Below, piece after piece: positions 37,000 through 46,645 of a stretch of DNA of 64,000 bases (positions are counted from its first letter, which is position 1; each line of letters begins with the position of its first letter). Below the pieces are notes generated by a model. The model was not told the origin of the DNA, did no database searches, and saw only the letters and a program-made list of their open reading frames with translations. The position numbers were made by a program, and so were the translations under genes. Source of the DNA: an uncultured Gammaproteobacteria bacterium (GTDB taxonomy: Bacteria; Pseudomonadota; Gammaproteobacteria; JACCXJ01); contig CAVXTM010000010.1 in NCBI GenBank assembly GCA_963764725.1, positions 192,001 through 256,000 on the forward strand, read 5' to 3'.

Positions 37000-37019
37000 C
37001 GTGAGAAATCGTAGACTGG

Positions 37020-37139
37020 TTAGGCGCGCCGTTCGCGCCGTAACCCGGGGATCTTCGAGCCGCAATTCCCGGGTCGCAAACAACGCTCAACCCAGGCTAC
37101 GAGCTCTTCGCTGATGACGTTGGTGTCAACGAGGTACAT
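37020..37139 (-). pseudogene. PIN toxin remnant
   Basis: MYLVDTNVISE overlaps the antitoxin end, after which similarity is lost. Confidence 0.6.
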
Positions 37140-37359
37140 GGTCGCGGAAGCGCGTTTCGATGCGCTCGAAGTCAGCGTCCTCGCCCACGCCGGGGATGCG
37201 AACCAGCACTTCCGCGAACGTTCTTCGACGCGGCCGGAGCAAAGCCTGCGCGAGGATACGGCGATGCTCGGCTTCAGCGCTGGTACCGTGCCGACCGGCC
37301 CGCGCCTTGAGCGCTTGGACGATGTCTTCATCGACGTTGCGGACGATAAGGTTGGCCAT
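37126..37359 (-). CDS. FitA-like ribbon-helix-helix antitoxin
   Basis: MANLIVRNVDEDIVQALKARAGRHGTSAEAEHRRIL. Confidence 0.85.
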   Translation of the reverse strand: MANLIVRNVDEDIVQALKARAGRHGTSAEAEHRRILAQALLRPRRRTFAEVLVRIPGVGEDADFERIETRFRDHVPR

Positions 37360-37485
37360 GGTGGATCTCCTGTCAGAGTCGAGAGCGATAGTGATTGCAA
37401 TGATAGCGCCCTACGATCTCGCGCTCAAGCCGGTTGCGCTCCCTCATCGGGGGTGAGCGGGGCGAACATCCGTGCCCTTGTGAAA

Positions 37486-37887
37486 CTAATCGATCATTAG
37501 GAGGGCGGCGGCCACGTTGCGATCTTCGGATAACAAGATAATGTAGCTGCGGCAAGCGGCCGCCGTATCCATCACTTCAAAGCCGATGCCTGCGCTTAAT
37601 AGACCGGCGGCGATGTTCGCGGGTGGAAAACGCAACCGCGTTCCGGTTCCGAAGAGGACGATTTCGGGTTTGAGCTCGGCGATCGCGGTGAAGTGCTCGA
37701 GCAGCACCTCATCGAAGCGTTGGGGGGGCCAGTCGCGGAGAAGTTGCGTGGGCGTGATGATGAAGCTTTGCGTCAGGGTCTCCTCGTTGACCACGATGGC
37801 GCCCCGCCGATAGGAGCGGATGGCATAAGCGCCGGGAGGACTCTGGAGATCAAGCCGCATCGGGATCCTCGGCGAGATCGCACTCAC
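37486..37887 (-). CDS. Mth938/DUF498-like protein
   Basis: PEIVLFGTG, GIGFEVMDTAAACRSY and EDRNVAAAL. Confidence 0.88.
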   Translation of the reverse strand: MSAISPRIPMRLDLQSPPGAYAIRSYRRGAIVVNEETLTQSFIITPTQLLRDWPPQRFDEVLLEHFTAIAELKPEIVLFGTGTRLRFPPANIAAGLLSAGIGFEVMDTAAACRSYIILLSEDRNVAAALLMID

Positions 37888-38438
37888 ACCGGCGCTGGCC
37901 GCTTATTGAGCTTGCGCTGTAGCGTTCGGCGGTGCATTCCCAGGCGCCGGGCGGCTTCGGAGACGTTGGCTCCGCACTCGACCAAAACACGCTGAATGTG
38001 CTCCCACTCGATGCGATCCATCGAGATCGGGTGCGGCGCAGCCTCGGCGCGGGCGTTGCCGTCGTCGCGGTGGAAGGCCGCCATGATTTCGTCGGCGTCG
38101 GTGGGCTTCGTGAGGTAGTAAGTAGCGCCGAGCTTTATGGCCTCGACGGCCGTGGTAATGCTGGCATAACCCGTGAGCACGACAATCTTCATGTCGGGAT
38201 CTTGCGCCCGGAGCCGGGCCACCAGTTCTAGCCCCGAGGGACCGGGCATACGCAGATCGACCACGGCGTAACCGGGCGCATGCTGTTCGGCCAGCCGTAG
38301 ACCGTCCGCGACGTTGTGAGCGATGAAGATATCGAGGCCTCGCCGGGCCAGCGCATCGCCCAGAACCTCGCAAAACGCGGGATCATCGTCCACCAGTATC
38401 AGGGAAGGCGCTGCAGCTTCGAGCATGGCATCGATCAT
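37884..38438 (-). CDS. regA: RegA/PrrA-type response regulator
   Basis: LVDDD, VVLTGYASITTAVEAIKLGA, EWEHIQRVL and LGMHRRTLQRKL. Confidence 0.92.
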   Translation of the reverse strand: MIDAMLEAAAPSLILVDDDPAFCEVLGDALARRGLDIFIAHNVADGLRLAEQHAPGYAVVDLRMPGPSGLELVARLRAQDPDMKIVVLTGYASITTAVEAIKLGATYYLTKPTDADEIMAAFHRDDGNARAEAAPHPISMDRIEWEHIQRVLVECGANVSEAARRLGMHRRTLQRKLNKRPAPV

Positions 38439-38572
38439 AGCGGCTTCGCGGTCATTAAGGGAATAAGCGACGGCTCGCGTTCTTGTTGTCCGGTCCTTCT
38501 GCTCCGTTTGATATACTGTAAGAGGTGCTTTGGCGCGACTGCTATAACGATCAAAAGTGACCACATTGAGCG

Positions 38573-40381
38573 ATGACGCCTAAATCGGAATACGCCGCTT
38601 CGAAGACCGGCCGGCTTCGGATTGGAGATGACTGGAACGCCATCACGATCATCGCGACCTCACAGACCAATCCCCTCAAGGCCGTGGCCGAGTTCGTAGA
38701 GAACAGCATCGATGCTGGCGCTCGGACGATTACGATCACGCGCGGCCGGGAACACGGGGCGCATTACCTCGCGATCATGGACGATGGCCGGGGGATCGCG
38801 AGAGATCCGGAGGGCCTGCCTGACTTCCGGTACGTGGCGACGCATATTTGCGATTCGATGAAACGCAGGCTCAAGGCAAACGGGGCGGCAGGGATCCAGG
38901 GCGAGTTCGGGATAGGTCTACTGAGTTTTTGGACGGTTGGGGAGGAGCTCACCCTGACCTCGGCGGCCGCTGATGGCCGAACATACACGATGCGCATGAA
39001 ACGCAACGATCCGAGCTATACGGTGACCGCGCGACGGCTGCTTTTTCCCGCCTGCGGCACCGAGCTCACCGTGGCCCCGTTACTGCCCGGGATCCGGCAG
39101 TTCAGTGGCGAGAAGATCCAATGGTACCTCGCCTCTGAGTTGCGCGAGCGGATCCGGCAATCGGGTGTCGCGATCAAGATCGTGGATCGGCACGCCCGCA
39201 AGGAATTCAAGGTTGAGCCCCGGCAATTCACCGGCCGCTTACTGCACGGCTTGCCAGTACCGACCACGGCGTTCGGTCAAGCCTACGTCGAGATCTATCT
39301 GTCGGATCCCGATCCGGCCAAAAAGGTGGGGCTCTATCGCTCAGGCACGCGGCTCATAGAAGATCTGGCCGAGATTGATGCCCTGGCGCGCCCTCCCTGG
39401 ACGGAGAGGACCCTCCAGGGCATCGTGGATGTGCCCTTTGTGCACGTGACGCCGGCGACGCGTATGGGAGTCATTTACGACGATGTCTTTGCCGCTTTCA
39501 TCGAAAGCTTGGGCCCCCTAGAGGAAGCACTCGCTAAGCTCATGGAGGAACAGCGCCGTGCCGAAGAGGAGCAAACGAGTCAACAGATCTTGCGGACCAT
39601 TCAGAAAGCCTTCAAGGAAGCCTTGCTCGCCTTGCCGGTGGAGGAATATGACTGGTTCGAGATCCCCGAGCGCTCCCGCCCGGGCTTGGGGTTACCTGCG
39701 GGTGGGGTTGCTGGAATGAGTCTGCCCGACGGCGCCGAGGAGGCACAGCAGGCGGGCAAGTCCGAAGAACGACAGCGGCACTTCTTCGAGTTCGCTGGTC
39801 CCTTGTTTCAAGTGCGCGTATCACCTGCTTCCTGTGCGGTCGCTGTCGGCCAATCGCGAACCTTCTCTGCCATTGCCCGCGATCGCACGGGCCACCGGGT
39901 CGAGGAGGGCCTCACCTGGTCCTGGGAAATCGTCGAGGGCGAAGGTTCTCTCCAGGATGCCAGGGCCGAGATCGCGACCTTTACGGCCTCGGCCGAGCCC
40001 GGGCTCGTGCGGATCAGGCTGTCCGTCACCCAAGGGCCTATCAGCGGCCAAGCGGAGGCTCTAGTCACGGTAACGGATTCACTATTGCCCGAGACCAAAG
40101 ATAGCTCCGCGAGTCGCTCGGGGCTCCCTGGATATACCTTCCAACGTGCACCGGGTCAACTTTGGCGATCGCGTTTCGATGAGGATCAGAACGTGATCGT
40201 AATCAACAACGGCCATCGTGACTTCGTCTACGCATCGAAAAACAAGGCCCTCAAGCTTCGTTACATCAGCCGATTGTTCGCCAAAGAGCTTGTGTACAAG
40301 AACTTTCCGGGAATTCCGCCCGCTGAGCTCCTCGAACGCCTGATCGAGCTCTCGCTCTACACCGAGGAGAACCTTAAATAG
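38573..40381 (+). CDS. GHKL (MORC/Hsp90-like) ATPase with a C-terminal Ig-like segment
   Basis: EFVENSIDAG, DDGRGI and GEFGIG Bergerat motifs, plus a beta-rich segment VRVSPAS...TWSWEIV. Confidence 0.8.
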   Translation: MTPKSEYAASKTGRLRIGDDWNAITIIATSQTNPLKAVAEFVENSIDAGARTITITRGREHGAHYLAIMDDGRGIARDPEGLPDFRYVATHICDSMKRRLKANGAAGIQGEFGIGLLSFWTVGEELTLTSAAADGRTYTMRMKRNDPSYTVTARRLLFPACGTELTVAPLLPGIRQFSGEKIQWYLASELRERIRQSGVAIKIVDRHARKEFKVEPRQFTGRLLHGLPVPTTAFGQAYVEIYLSDPDPAKKVGLYRSGTRLIEDLAEIDALARPPWTERTLQGIVDVPFVHVTPATRMGVIYDDVFAAFIESLGPLEEALAKLMEEQRRAEEEQTSQQILRTIQKAFKEALLALPVEEYDWFEIPERSRPGLGLPAGGVAGMSLPDGAEEAQQAGKSEERQRHFFEFAGPLFQVRVSPASCAVAVGQSRTFSAIARDRTGHRVEEGLTWSWEIVEGEGSLQDARAEIATFTASAEPGLVRIRLSVTQGPISGQAEALVTVTDSLLPETKDSSASRSGLPGYTFQRAPGQLWRSRFDEDQNVIVINNGHRDFVYASKNKALKLRYISRLFAKELVYKNFPGIPPAELLERLIELSLYTEENLK

Positions 40382-40455
40382 CGCGGGTAGCCGCAACGTG
40401 CGTCATGTCGCGAGGAGAAAAAACGGCCACAGCCAGAAAGGACTCGAGGTGAAGG

Positions 40456-40619
40456 CGACGGCCGTGGTAATGCTGGCATAACCCGTGAGCACGACAATCT
40501 TCATCTCGATCTTGTGCCCGGAGCCGGGCTAGCGCATCGCCCAGAACCTCGCAAAACGCGGGATCATCGTCCACCAGTATCAGGGAAGGCGCTGCAGCTT
40601 CGAGCATGGCATCGATCAT
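40456..40619 (-). pseudogene. Degenerate duplicate of the regA 5' part
   Basis: Near-identical to 38144-38438 but with a 129-bp internal deletion and 3' truncation. Confidence 0.85.
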
Positions 40620-41935
40620 AACGGCTTCGCGGTCATCAAGGGCGTGAGCGGCAAGCCGATTTTGACGCATACACCGGAAGGCCTTCGCTCTTCCAGATCG
40701 AGCGTGCCGCCGAGCCGATCGAGCGTCGTGCGCGCGAGATACAAGCCGAGGCCCAAGCCCTTTCCCGCGGGTTTGGTGGTTACGAAAGGTTTCCCGATGT
40801 GCTCGCGCAACGTTTTGGGCAGGCCGGCGCCATCGTCGTAGACCGTGATATCGAGGCGATCGTCGGTCCACACGGCCTCTACCGCCACGGTTTGCGCCGC
40901 CGCATCTGCGGCGTTGTTGAGCACATTGAGAAGAGCCTGTGTGAGGGTTCGATCGGCGATGATTTGCGCTGCCGGCTGCGGTCCGGAACGCTTCACCCGC
41001 GGCGCGAGCCCGGGATGTAGCTCACGCCATTCGGCGATCAGGTCCTCGAGATAGCGATCGAGATAAACGGGCCGGCCCGCGTCGGCTTGGGCCGCGCCCG
41101 AACGCGCCGCCATGCTCGATAGAATCCCTTTACAGCGCATCACCTGGCTGCGCAATAGCTGAAGTTTTTCCGTGAGCGTCTCGTTGTCCTCATAGTCGTG
41201 TTCCAATTCCTTGGCCAAGATAGCGATCGTCGCGAGCGGGGTTCCGAGCTCGTGGGCCGTTCCGGTGGCCAGCGAGCCCAAGGCCGCTAGTTGGCCGGCT
41301 TCGAGCGCTTTTTCCCGGGCCTGCGCAAGATCCCGGTCGTGTTGGCGCAAGGTGGAGCCCATGCGCGCCACGAAATACGCTACGACCATGGCGCTCAACA
41401 GAAACCCGAGCCACATTCCCCAGACATGGAAGGTAAACTCATGTCCGATCTGGGTGCTCTCCGGGGGATGGACTTCGACGAAAAGCGGGTGCACATGAAC
41501 GAACAAAAGCCCCGTGTAAAAGAGCGCCGCCTCGGCAGCAATGATCCAGGTATAGCGGCGCGGCAACAGGGCCGCGGCGACGATGACGGGCAAAAGTAGC
41601 AAGGATGCAAATGGATTAGCCGAGCCTCCTGTAAACAATAACAGCGCTGCCAGCCCGAGGACATCGACGAGAAGCTGTGTCAAGATGCTGCGCTCCGAAA
41701 CCGGAATCCCCGATTGAAGGGTGCGCCAACTGAAAAACGTGAAACCGCCGAGAGCGATGATTACAATCGCCACGGGCAGTATTGAGGGCGGCATCGCCAG
41801 GATATAATGCGCGGCGATGGCCGCGGCGAGTTGCCCGACGATCACGACGACCCGTACCAGCAATAAATACTGAAGGCAGAGCTTCGACAGCGCGCTGTCG
41901 CGGGGGGCTGGATCGGAGTTGGCGTCTGTAAGCAT
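40616..41935 (-). CDS. regB: RegB/PrrB-type sensor histidine kinase
   Basis: TM region with TGGSANPF, AHELGTPL, NVLNNA, DDGAG and GLGLGL. Confidence 0.92.
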   Translation of the reverse strand: MLTDANSDPAPRDSALSKLCLQYLLLVRVVVIVGQLAAAIAAHYILAMPPSILPVAIVIIALGGFTFFSWRTLQSGIPVSERSILTQLLVDVLGLAALLLFTGGSANPFASLLLLPVIVAAALLPRRYTWIIAAEAALFYTGLLFVHVHPLFVEVHPPESTQIGHEFTFHVWGMWLGFLLSAMVVAYFVARMGSTLRQHDRDLAQAREKALEAGQLAALGSLATGTAHELGTPLATIAILAKELEHDYEDNETLTEKLQLLRSQVMRCKGILSSMAARSGAAQADAGRPVYLDRYLEDLIAEWRELHPGLAPRVKRSGPQPAAQIIADRTLTQALLNVLNNAADAAAQTVAVEAVWTDDRLDITVYDDGAGLPKTLREHIGKPFVTTKPAGKGLGLGLYLARTTLDRLGGTLDLEERRPSGVCVKIGLPLTPLMTAKPL

Positions 41936-42058
41936 CTTTGGAGTCCGAGAACCGGTGCGCCGCGGCCGTTCTTGAGCTGCTGTCAGACCGCACATGTTAT
42001 TCTAGCATTGCCGTTGCCAGAAACCTTATCCGGACAACAAGCCGATTCACTGGCAGAC

Positions 42059-43345
42059 ATGAGCAACAAACCACAGCGCATTGGCAAATACCGTATTGTG
42101 AGGGAGCTATCCCGCAACAGTTCAGCGGCGGTTTTCCTCGCCCAAGATCCCTACGTCGATCGCCCGGTCGCGCTCAAGGTTCCCGCGGCGAGCATTGCGG
42201 AGGCTGCTCCGGAGGAAACCCGGAATCGATTTTTTACCGAGGCGCAAACAACGGCGGCGCTGCGACATCCCAACATCGTGCAAGTATTCGACGCCGGAAT
42301 CGAGGGTGATACTTGTTATATCGCGATGGAGTACGTCATGGAAGGGGCGACGCTTAAAGCGCATTGTACGCCGGATCGCCTGTTGCCGGTGGAGCGTGTC
42401 GTTGAGCTTATTTTTAGATGTGCGAAAGCCCTGGATTATGCGCACGCGAAGGGTGTGTTACACCGCGACATCAAGCCTACCAATCTCTTATTGACCCCTG
42501 AGGGCGAGGTTAAGATCGGCGATTTCGGTATCGCTTACATCAACCGCGGCAACATCAAAGATGGCCTGACGCTGAGCTTCGCGGGCTCGCCAGGCTATAT
42601 GTCGCCCGAGCAGGTCCAAGAGGAGCCCATCTCAGGCCAAACCGATCTCTTTTCCCTGGGCGTGGTCATGTATGAAATGCTGACGGGCCGGCATCCCTTT
42701 TACGCCGAGCGTTTTTCGGAGGTGATCCATCGCGTCGTTAACGAGGATCCCGCGCCGATGAGCGCATACCGGCCCGATACTTCCCCCGTCCTGGAACGTA
42801 TCGTCGCGCGTGCGCTCGAAAAAGCGCCGGCGAACCGCTATAAACGCGGCCTTGATTTGGCTTCGGATCTCGCGGCGATCTTCGGATCTCTATGGGTGCC
42901 CGCACGCGACATATCGCTGAGCGAGCGCTTTCGCGAGCTGCGGCGGCTCGCGTTTTTTTCCGAGTTTAGCGATGAAGAACTATGGACGATTATCCGCGGC
43001 AGTATCCGGCAAGAGTTCTCGGATGATGACCCGATACTGACCGGTGGCGAGATCGAGGGCGCCTTCTATATCATCGTGGAAGGCAGCGCCGTCGTAGTGC
43101 ACGCGAAAAAGAAAATGGCCCTGCTCAACGAAGGCGGTTGCTTCGGGGAAATCGGCAAGATAACCGAGGGCGCACGGGCAGCGGCGATCATAGCGAATCG
43201 CCATTGTTCGGTGCTCAAGATCAACGAAACGATGCTGGAGCAGTTATCACCGGACTGTCAACTGCGTTTTTACCGGCTGTTTATGAAGAGCATGCTCCAG
43301 CGTTTGGCGAGCGTGACCGAATTCGCGCTGAAACATCTGGGATAA
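42059..43345 (+). CDS. Hanks-type Ser/Thr kinase with C-terminal cNMP-binding domain
   Basis: VALK, HRDIKPTN, DFG and SPE, plus C-terminal FYIIVEG...CFGE. Confidence 0.9.
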   Translation: MSNKPQRIGKYRIVRELSRNSSAAVFLAQDPYVDRPVALKVPAASIAEAAPEETRNRFFTEAQTTAALRHPNIVQVFDAGIEGDTCYIAMEYVMEGATLKAHCTPDRLLPVERVVELIFRCAKALDYAHAKGVLHRDIKPTNLLLTPEGEVKIGDFGIAYINRGNIKDGLTLSFAGSPGYMSPEQVQEEPISGQTDLFSLGVVMYEMLTGRHPFYAERFSEVIHRVVNEDPAPMSAYRPDTSPVLERIVARALEKAPANRYKRGLDLASDLAAIFGSLWVPARDISLSERFRELRRLAFFSEFSDEELWTIIRGSIRQEFSDDDPILTGGEIEGAFYIIVEGSAVVVHAKKKMALLNEGGCFGEIGKITEGARAAAIIANRHCSVLKINETMLEQLSPDCQLRFYRLFMKSMLQRLASVTEFALKHLG

Positions 43346-43359
43346 TGAATATACTTCGC

Positions 43360-43460
43360 GGGCGGGTATGAACCCCGCCCTTGACCAAAGGGGAGAGCTG
43401 CGCTTCTCCCCTTTGGAAACCCCATGGCTAAGGTATCCGCGGCAAGACCGCGGGGTATGC
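43360..43460. repeat. Intergenic palindromic repeat with a related partial copy at 33520-33565
   Basis: 12-bp stem CCAAAGGGGAGA/TCTCCCCTTTGG (43385-43416). GCAGCTCTCCCCTTTGG at 33520-33536 is the reverse complement of 43385-43401. Confidence 0.55.
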
Positions 43461-43489
43461 GTTTAATAAATTAATCACTGGCGTTCGCA

Positions 43490-44674
43490 ATGGCCCCGCG
43501 ACTCCCGCGAATCGTCATCGTCTTAGGCCTGGCCGCATTCCTAAACGACGCCGCGAGCGAGATGATCACGCCGCTCCTGCCGGTTTTTCTGGTGACCACG
43601 CTCGGGGCGGGACCGGCAATCGTCGGTCTGATCGAAGGCATCGCCGAGTCGCTGTCGAGTATCCTCAAGCTCGTGTCGGGTTGGCTCGTGGATCGGGGGT
43701 GGAGTACCAGGCGCCTGGTGTTAGGGGGTTACGGGCTCTCGAACAGCGTGCGGCCGCTGCTCGGTCTGGCGTTTGGATGGACTTGGGTACTCGTGCTGCG
43801 AGCACTCGATCGCATCGGCAAGGGGCTGCGCACCTCGCCGCGTGACGCCATGATTGCCGTGAGCGTGGTAGACCGCGGCCGTGCTTTTGGTTTTCATCGC
43901 GGTATGGATCATGCCGGCGCCATGCTCGGAGCGGCGATTGCGTTTGCCTTACTCTATGTGGGTACGGAGCTGCAATCGGTGTTTATGCTCTCCGTGATCC
44001 CGGGGATCGTCGCAATGCTCTTGCTGTGGCGCGTCTTGCCTCAGCGCGTCATCGCGTATCGCACGGAGCACACCCCGCTCAGGTGGCGGGGCCTCGCGTG
44101 GCCACTCCGGGGATTAATACTTTCCTCGGGGGTGCTCGCGCTGGCCACCGTGCCCGAGGCGTTCCTGGTGCTCTGGGCTATCGAGCGCGGTGTGGATAAT
44201 GCGGCGATCCCGTTGTTGTGGATGCTGGCGCATGCCTGCAAGGCTATCCTGGCCTACGCCGCTGGCGATCTCTCCGACCGGCTGGGGCGTGTGGCTGTCG
44301 TTGTGGCCGGATGGAGCGGGCGCATCGCGGTCATGCTGATGATCATAACGCTGGGCGACGGACCGCTCGTGGTCTGGTGCCTCTTCGTTGCATACGGCGC
44401 CGCCCTGGCCTGTACCGAAGGCGCGGAACGGGCGCTCATCGGCGACTATGCGCCGAACCCTCAGAAAGCCACGGCTTTCGGGCTTTATCATTTGGTATCG
44501 AGCTTGTTCGCCTTGCCGGGCGCGGTCGGCTTAGGGTTATTGTGGGAGTGGTGGGGCTGGAACGCCGCGTTGGTGACCGCGGCCGTGGTGACCGCGGTCG
44601 CGGCGGGGGTTTTTTTAACACTCGTTTCTCGGATGTCCGTATCGGCACGAGCGGGATTACACGATGCGGGTTAG
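43490..44674 (+). CDS. MFS transporter
   Basis: Multiple TM helices, DRIGKGLRTSPRDA and GDLSDRLGR. Confidence 0.9.
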   Translation: MAPRLPRIVIVLGLAAFLNDAASEMITPLLPVFLVTTLGAGPAIVGLIEGIAESLSSILKLVSGWLVDRGWSTRRLVLGGYGLSNSVRPLLGLAFGWTWVLVLRALDRIGKGLRTSPRDAMIAVSVVDRGRAFGFHRGMDHAGAMLGAAIAFALLYVGTELQSVFMLSVIPGIVAMLLLWRVLPQRVIAYRTEHTPLRWRGLAWPLRGLILSSGVLALATVPEAFLVLWAIERGVDNAAIPLLWMLAHACKAILAYAAGDLSDRLGRVAVVVAGWSGRIAVMLMIITLGDGPLVVWCLFVAYGAALACTEGAERALIGDYAPNPQKATAFGLYHLVSSLFALPGAVGLGLLWEWWGWNAALVTAAVVTAVAAGVFLTLVSRMSVSARAGLHDAG

Positions 44675-44679
44675 AAACT

Positions 44680-46353
44680 CTACGGAATCGGATCACCGTG
44701 ACGGGCATGGATGAATCGATTCATGAGCCCGCGCGTCGAGCCGTCGTGATCGGTGCCGATCGCTTGCGTTTCTAACTCGGACGCGACACGCGTGGCAAGC
44801 TGTTTACCGAGCTCGACACCCCATTGATCGAAGGAGTTGATCCCCCAGATCACGCCTTCGACGAAGGTCTTGTGCTCATAGGCAGCGATCAACGCGCCCA
44901 AGGTCTCGGGGGTCAATCGTTCGTAAACCAAGGTGTTGCTCGGTTTGTTCCCGGGGAACACCTTGTGCGGTAGCAAAGACTCAATGTTGGAGGACGGGAG
45001 CCCCGCTGTCACCATCTCGGCAAGCACCTCGTCCTCGTTCTTGCCGCGCATCAACGCCTCGGATTGAGCGACGCAGTTCGCGAACAAGAGCTCCTGCTGC
45101 CGGCCGATGCGGTAGTAGCCCTGCAAGGGCGTCATGAAATCCACCGGCACGAACACGGTGCCCTGGTGCAGGAGCTGGAAGAAAGCGTGCTGGCCGTTCG
45201 TCCCGGGGGCGCCCCAGAGGACCGGCGCCGTGGCGTAGTCGATCACTTGTCCGCCCGTGGTGACGCGCTTACCGTTGCTCTCCATCGCGAGTTGCTGCAA
45301 ATAGGCAGGCAAAAGCTCCAGGTGCTGGTCGTACGGTACCACGGCATGCGTCTGCGCTCCGAAGAAATTGGTATACCAGATCGAGAGCAACGCAAGCAAC
45401 GCGGGCAAGTTATGCTCGAGCGGAGCCGTTCGAAAGGATTGGTCCATCTGATATGCGCCTTCGAGGAGTTGCTCGAACCTATCCATCCCGATGCCGAGCG
45501 CGATCGGCAGACCGATCGCCGACCAGAGCGAGAAGCGTCCACCGGCCCAGTCCCAAAACTCGAAAACCCTGTCGTCATGGATCCCGAAGCGCCGGGTGGC
45601 CTCGAGGTTGGTCGACACGGCGAGGAAGTGGCGGCCGACAGCCGCGGGATCCCCGATGCGATCGAAAAACCAGCGCTTGGCGGCTTCGGCGTTGGTAAGG
45701 GTTTCGAGTGTCGTGAAGGTCTTGGATGCGATGATGAATAAAGTCGAGCCCGGATCGAGCTGCTCGAGGACCTCGCCGAGATCGGCCGGATCGATGTTGG
45801 AAACAAAGTGCACGCGCATGTCGCCTTTGCGGTAGGGTCTTAGCGCACGCGTCGCCATGAGCGGGCCGAGGTGTGAGCCACCGATCCCGATGTTGACAAT
45901 GTCCGTGATCGAGCTGCCGCCATGACCGCGGTATGCACCCGCATGGACCGCCTCGGTAAAGCTACGCATCTTGGCCAGCACCGCGCGAACGGCCGGCATG
46001 ACATCTTCGCCGTCCACGTAAACGGGCGTATCGGAGCGGTTGCGTAGGGCGGTATGTAGTGCCGCCCGCTGCTCGGTGCTGTTGATCCGTTCGCCGCGAA
46101 ACATCCTTTCGATGGCCTCCGGCAGGCCCGCGGCGCGCGCCAGCGCCGTGAGGAGGGGTAGCGTATCCGCGGTGATGCGGTTTTTTGAATAGTCGAGCAA
46201 CAGCGGCCCCGCCTCGATGGAAAACCGGTTGCAACGGCCGGGATCCTCGCGAAACAAGTCCCTTATCTGTAGCGGCGATATCGCTTGCCAATGTTGCGCA
46301 AGCGCCCGCCAGTGGGGGGTGGAGGGGAGAGGCGGAATTGCATGACTGGACAT
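44680..46353 (-). CDS. pgi: Glucose-6-phosphate isomerase
   Basis: IGIGGSHLGP, SKTFTT, QQLAMESNGK and FDQWGVELGK. Confidence 0.97.
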   Translation of the reverse strand: MSSHAIPPLPSTPHWRALAQHWQAISPLQIRDLFREDPGRCNRFSIEAGPLLLDYSKNRITADTLPLLTALARAAGLPEAIERMFRGERINSTEQRAALHTALRNRSDTPVYVDGEDVMPAVRAVLAKMRSFTEAVHAGAYRGHGGSSITDIVNIGIGGSHLGPLMATRALRPYRKGDMRVHFVSNIDPADLGEVLEQLDPGSTLFIIASKTFTTLETLTNAEAAKRWFFDRIGDPAAVGRHFLAVSTNLEATRRFGIHDDRVFEFWDWAGGRFSLWSAIGLPIALGIGMDRFEQLLEGAYQMDQSFRTAPLEHNLPALLALLSIWYTNFFGAQTHAVVPYDQHLELLPAYLQQLAMESNGKRVTTGGQVIDYATAPVLWGAPGTNGQHAFFQLLHQGTVFVPVDFMTPLQGYYRIGRQQELLFANCVAQSEALMRGKNEDEVLAEMVTAGLPSSNIESLLPHKVFPGNKPSNTLVYERLTPETLGALIAAYEHKTFVEGVIWGINSFDQWGVELGKQLATRVASELETQAIGTDHDGSTRGLMNRFIHARHGDPIP

Positions 46354-46645
46354 CGGGCTACCTCAATCGCAATGGAGTATCGACCTTAGGAAATTTGTTC
46401 GCATTATCCCGCGCTTTCGGCACAATTCCATCTCATTGGGCCATAAAGTGATCCGATGCCCAGCCGGCGCAAGAAATACGTGAAAAAAGTGTTTGAATTC
46501 CTTTATGCTAGGCGATGCAATCAGGTAACAGGTCAAGGCCAACAATAACCTCAATCCGCTGCCGGCGATTACCTCCTGCTGCTCCCGGACACTACGTCGT
46601 ACAACTGGTGCTAATGACAAGACAAAAGGCGAAGAACGTTTGCCC

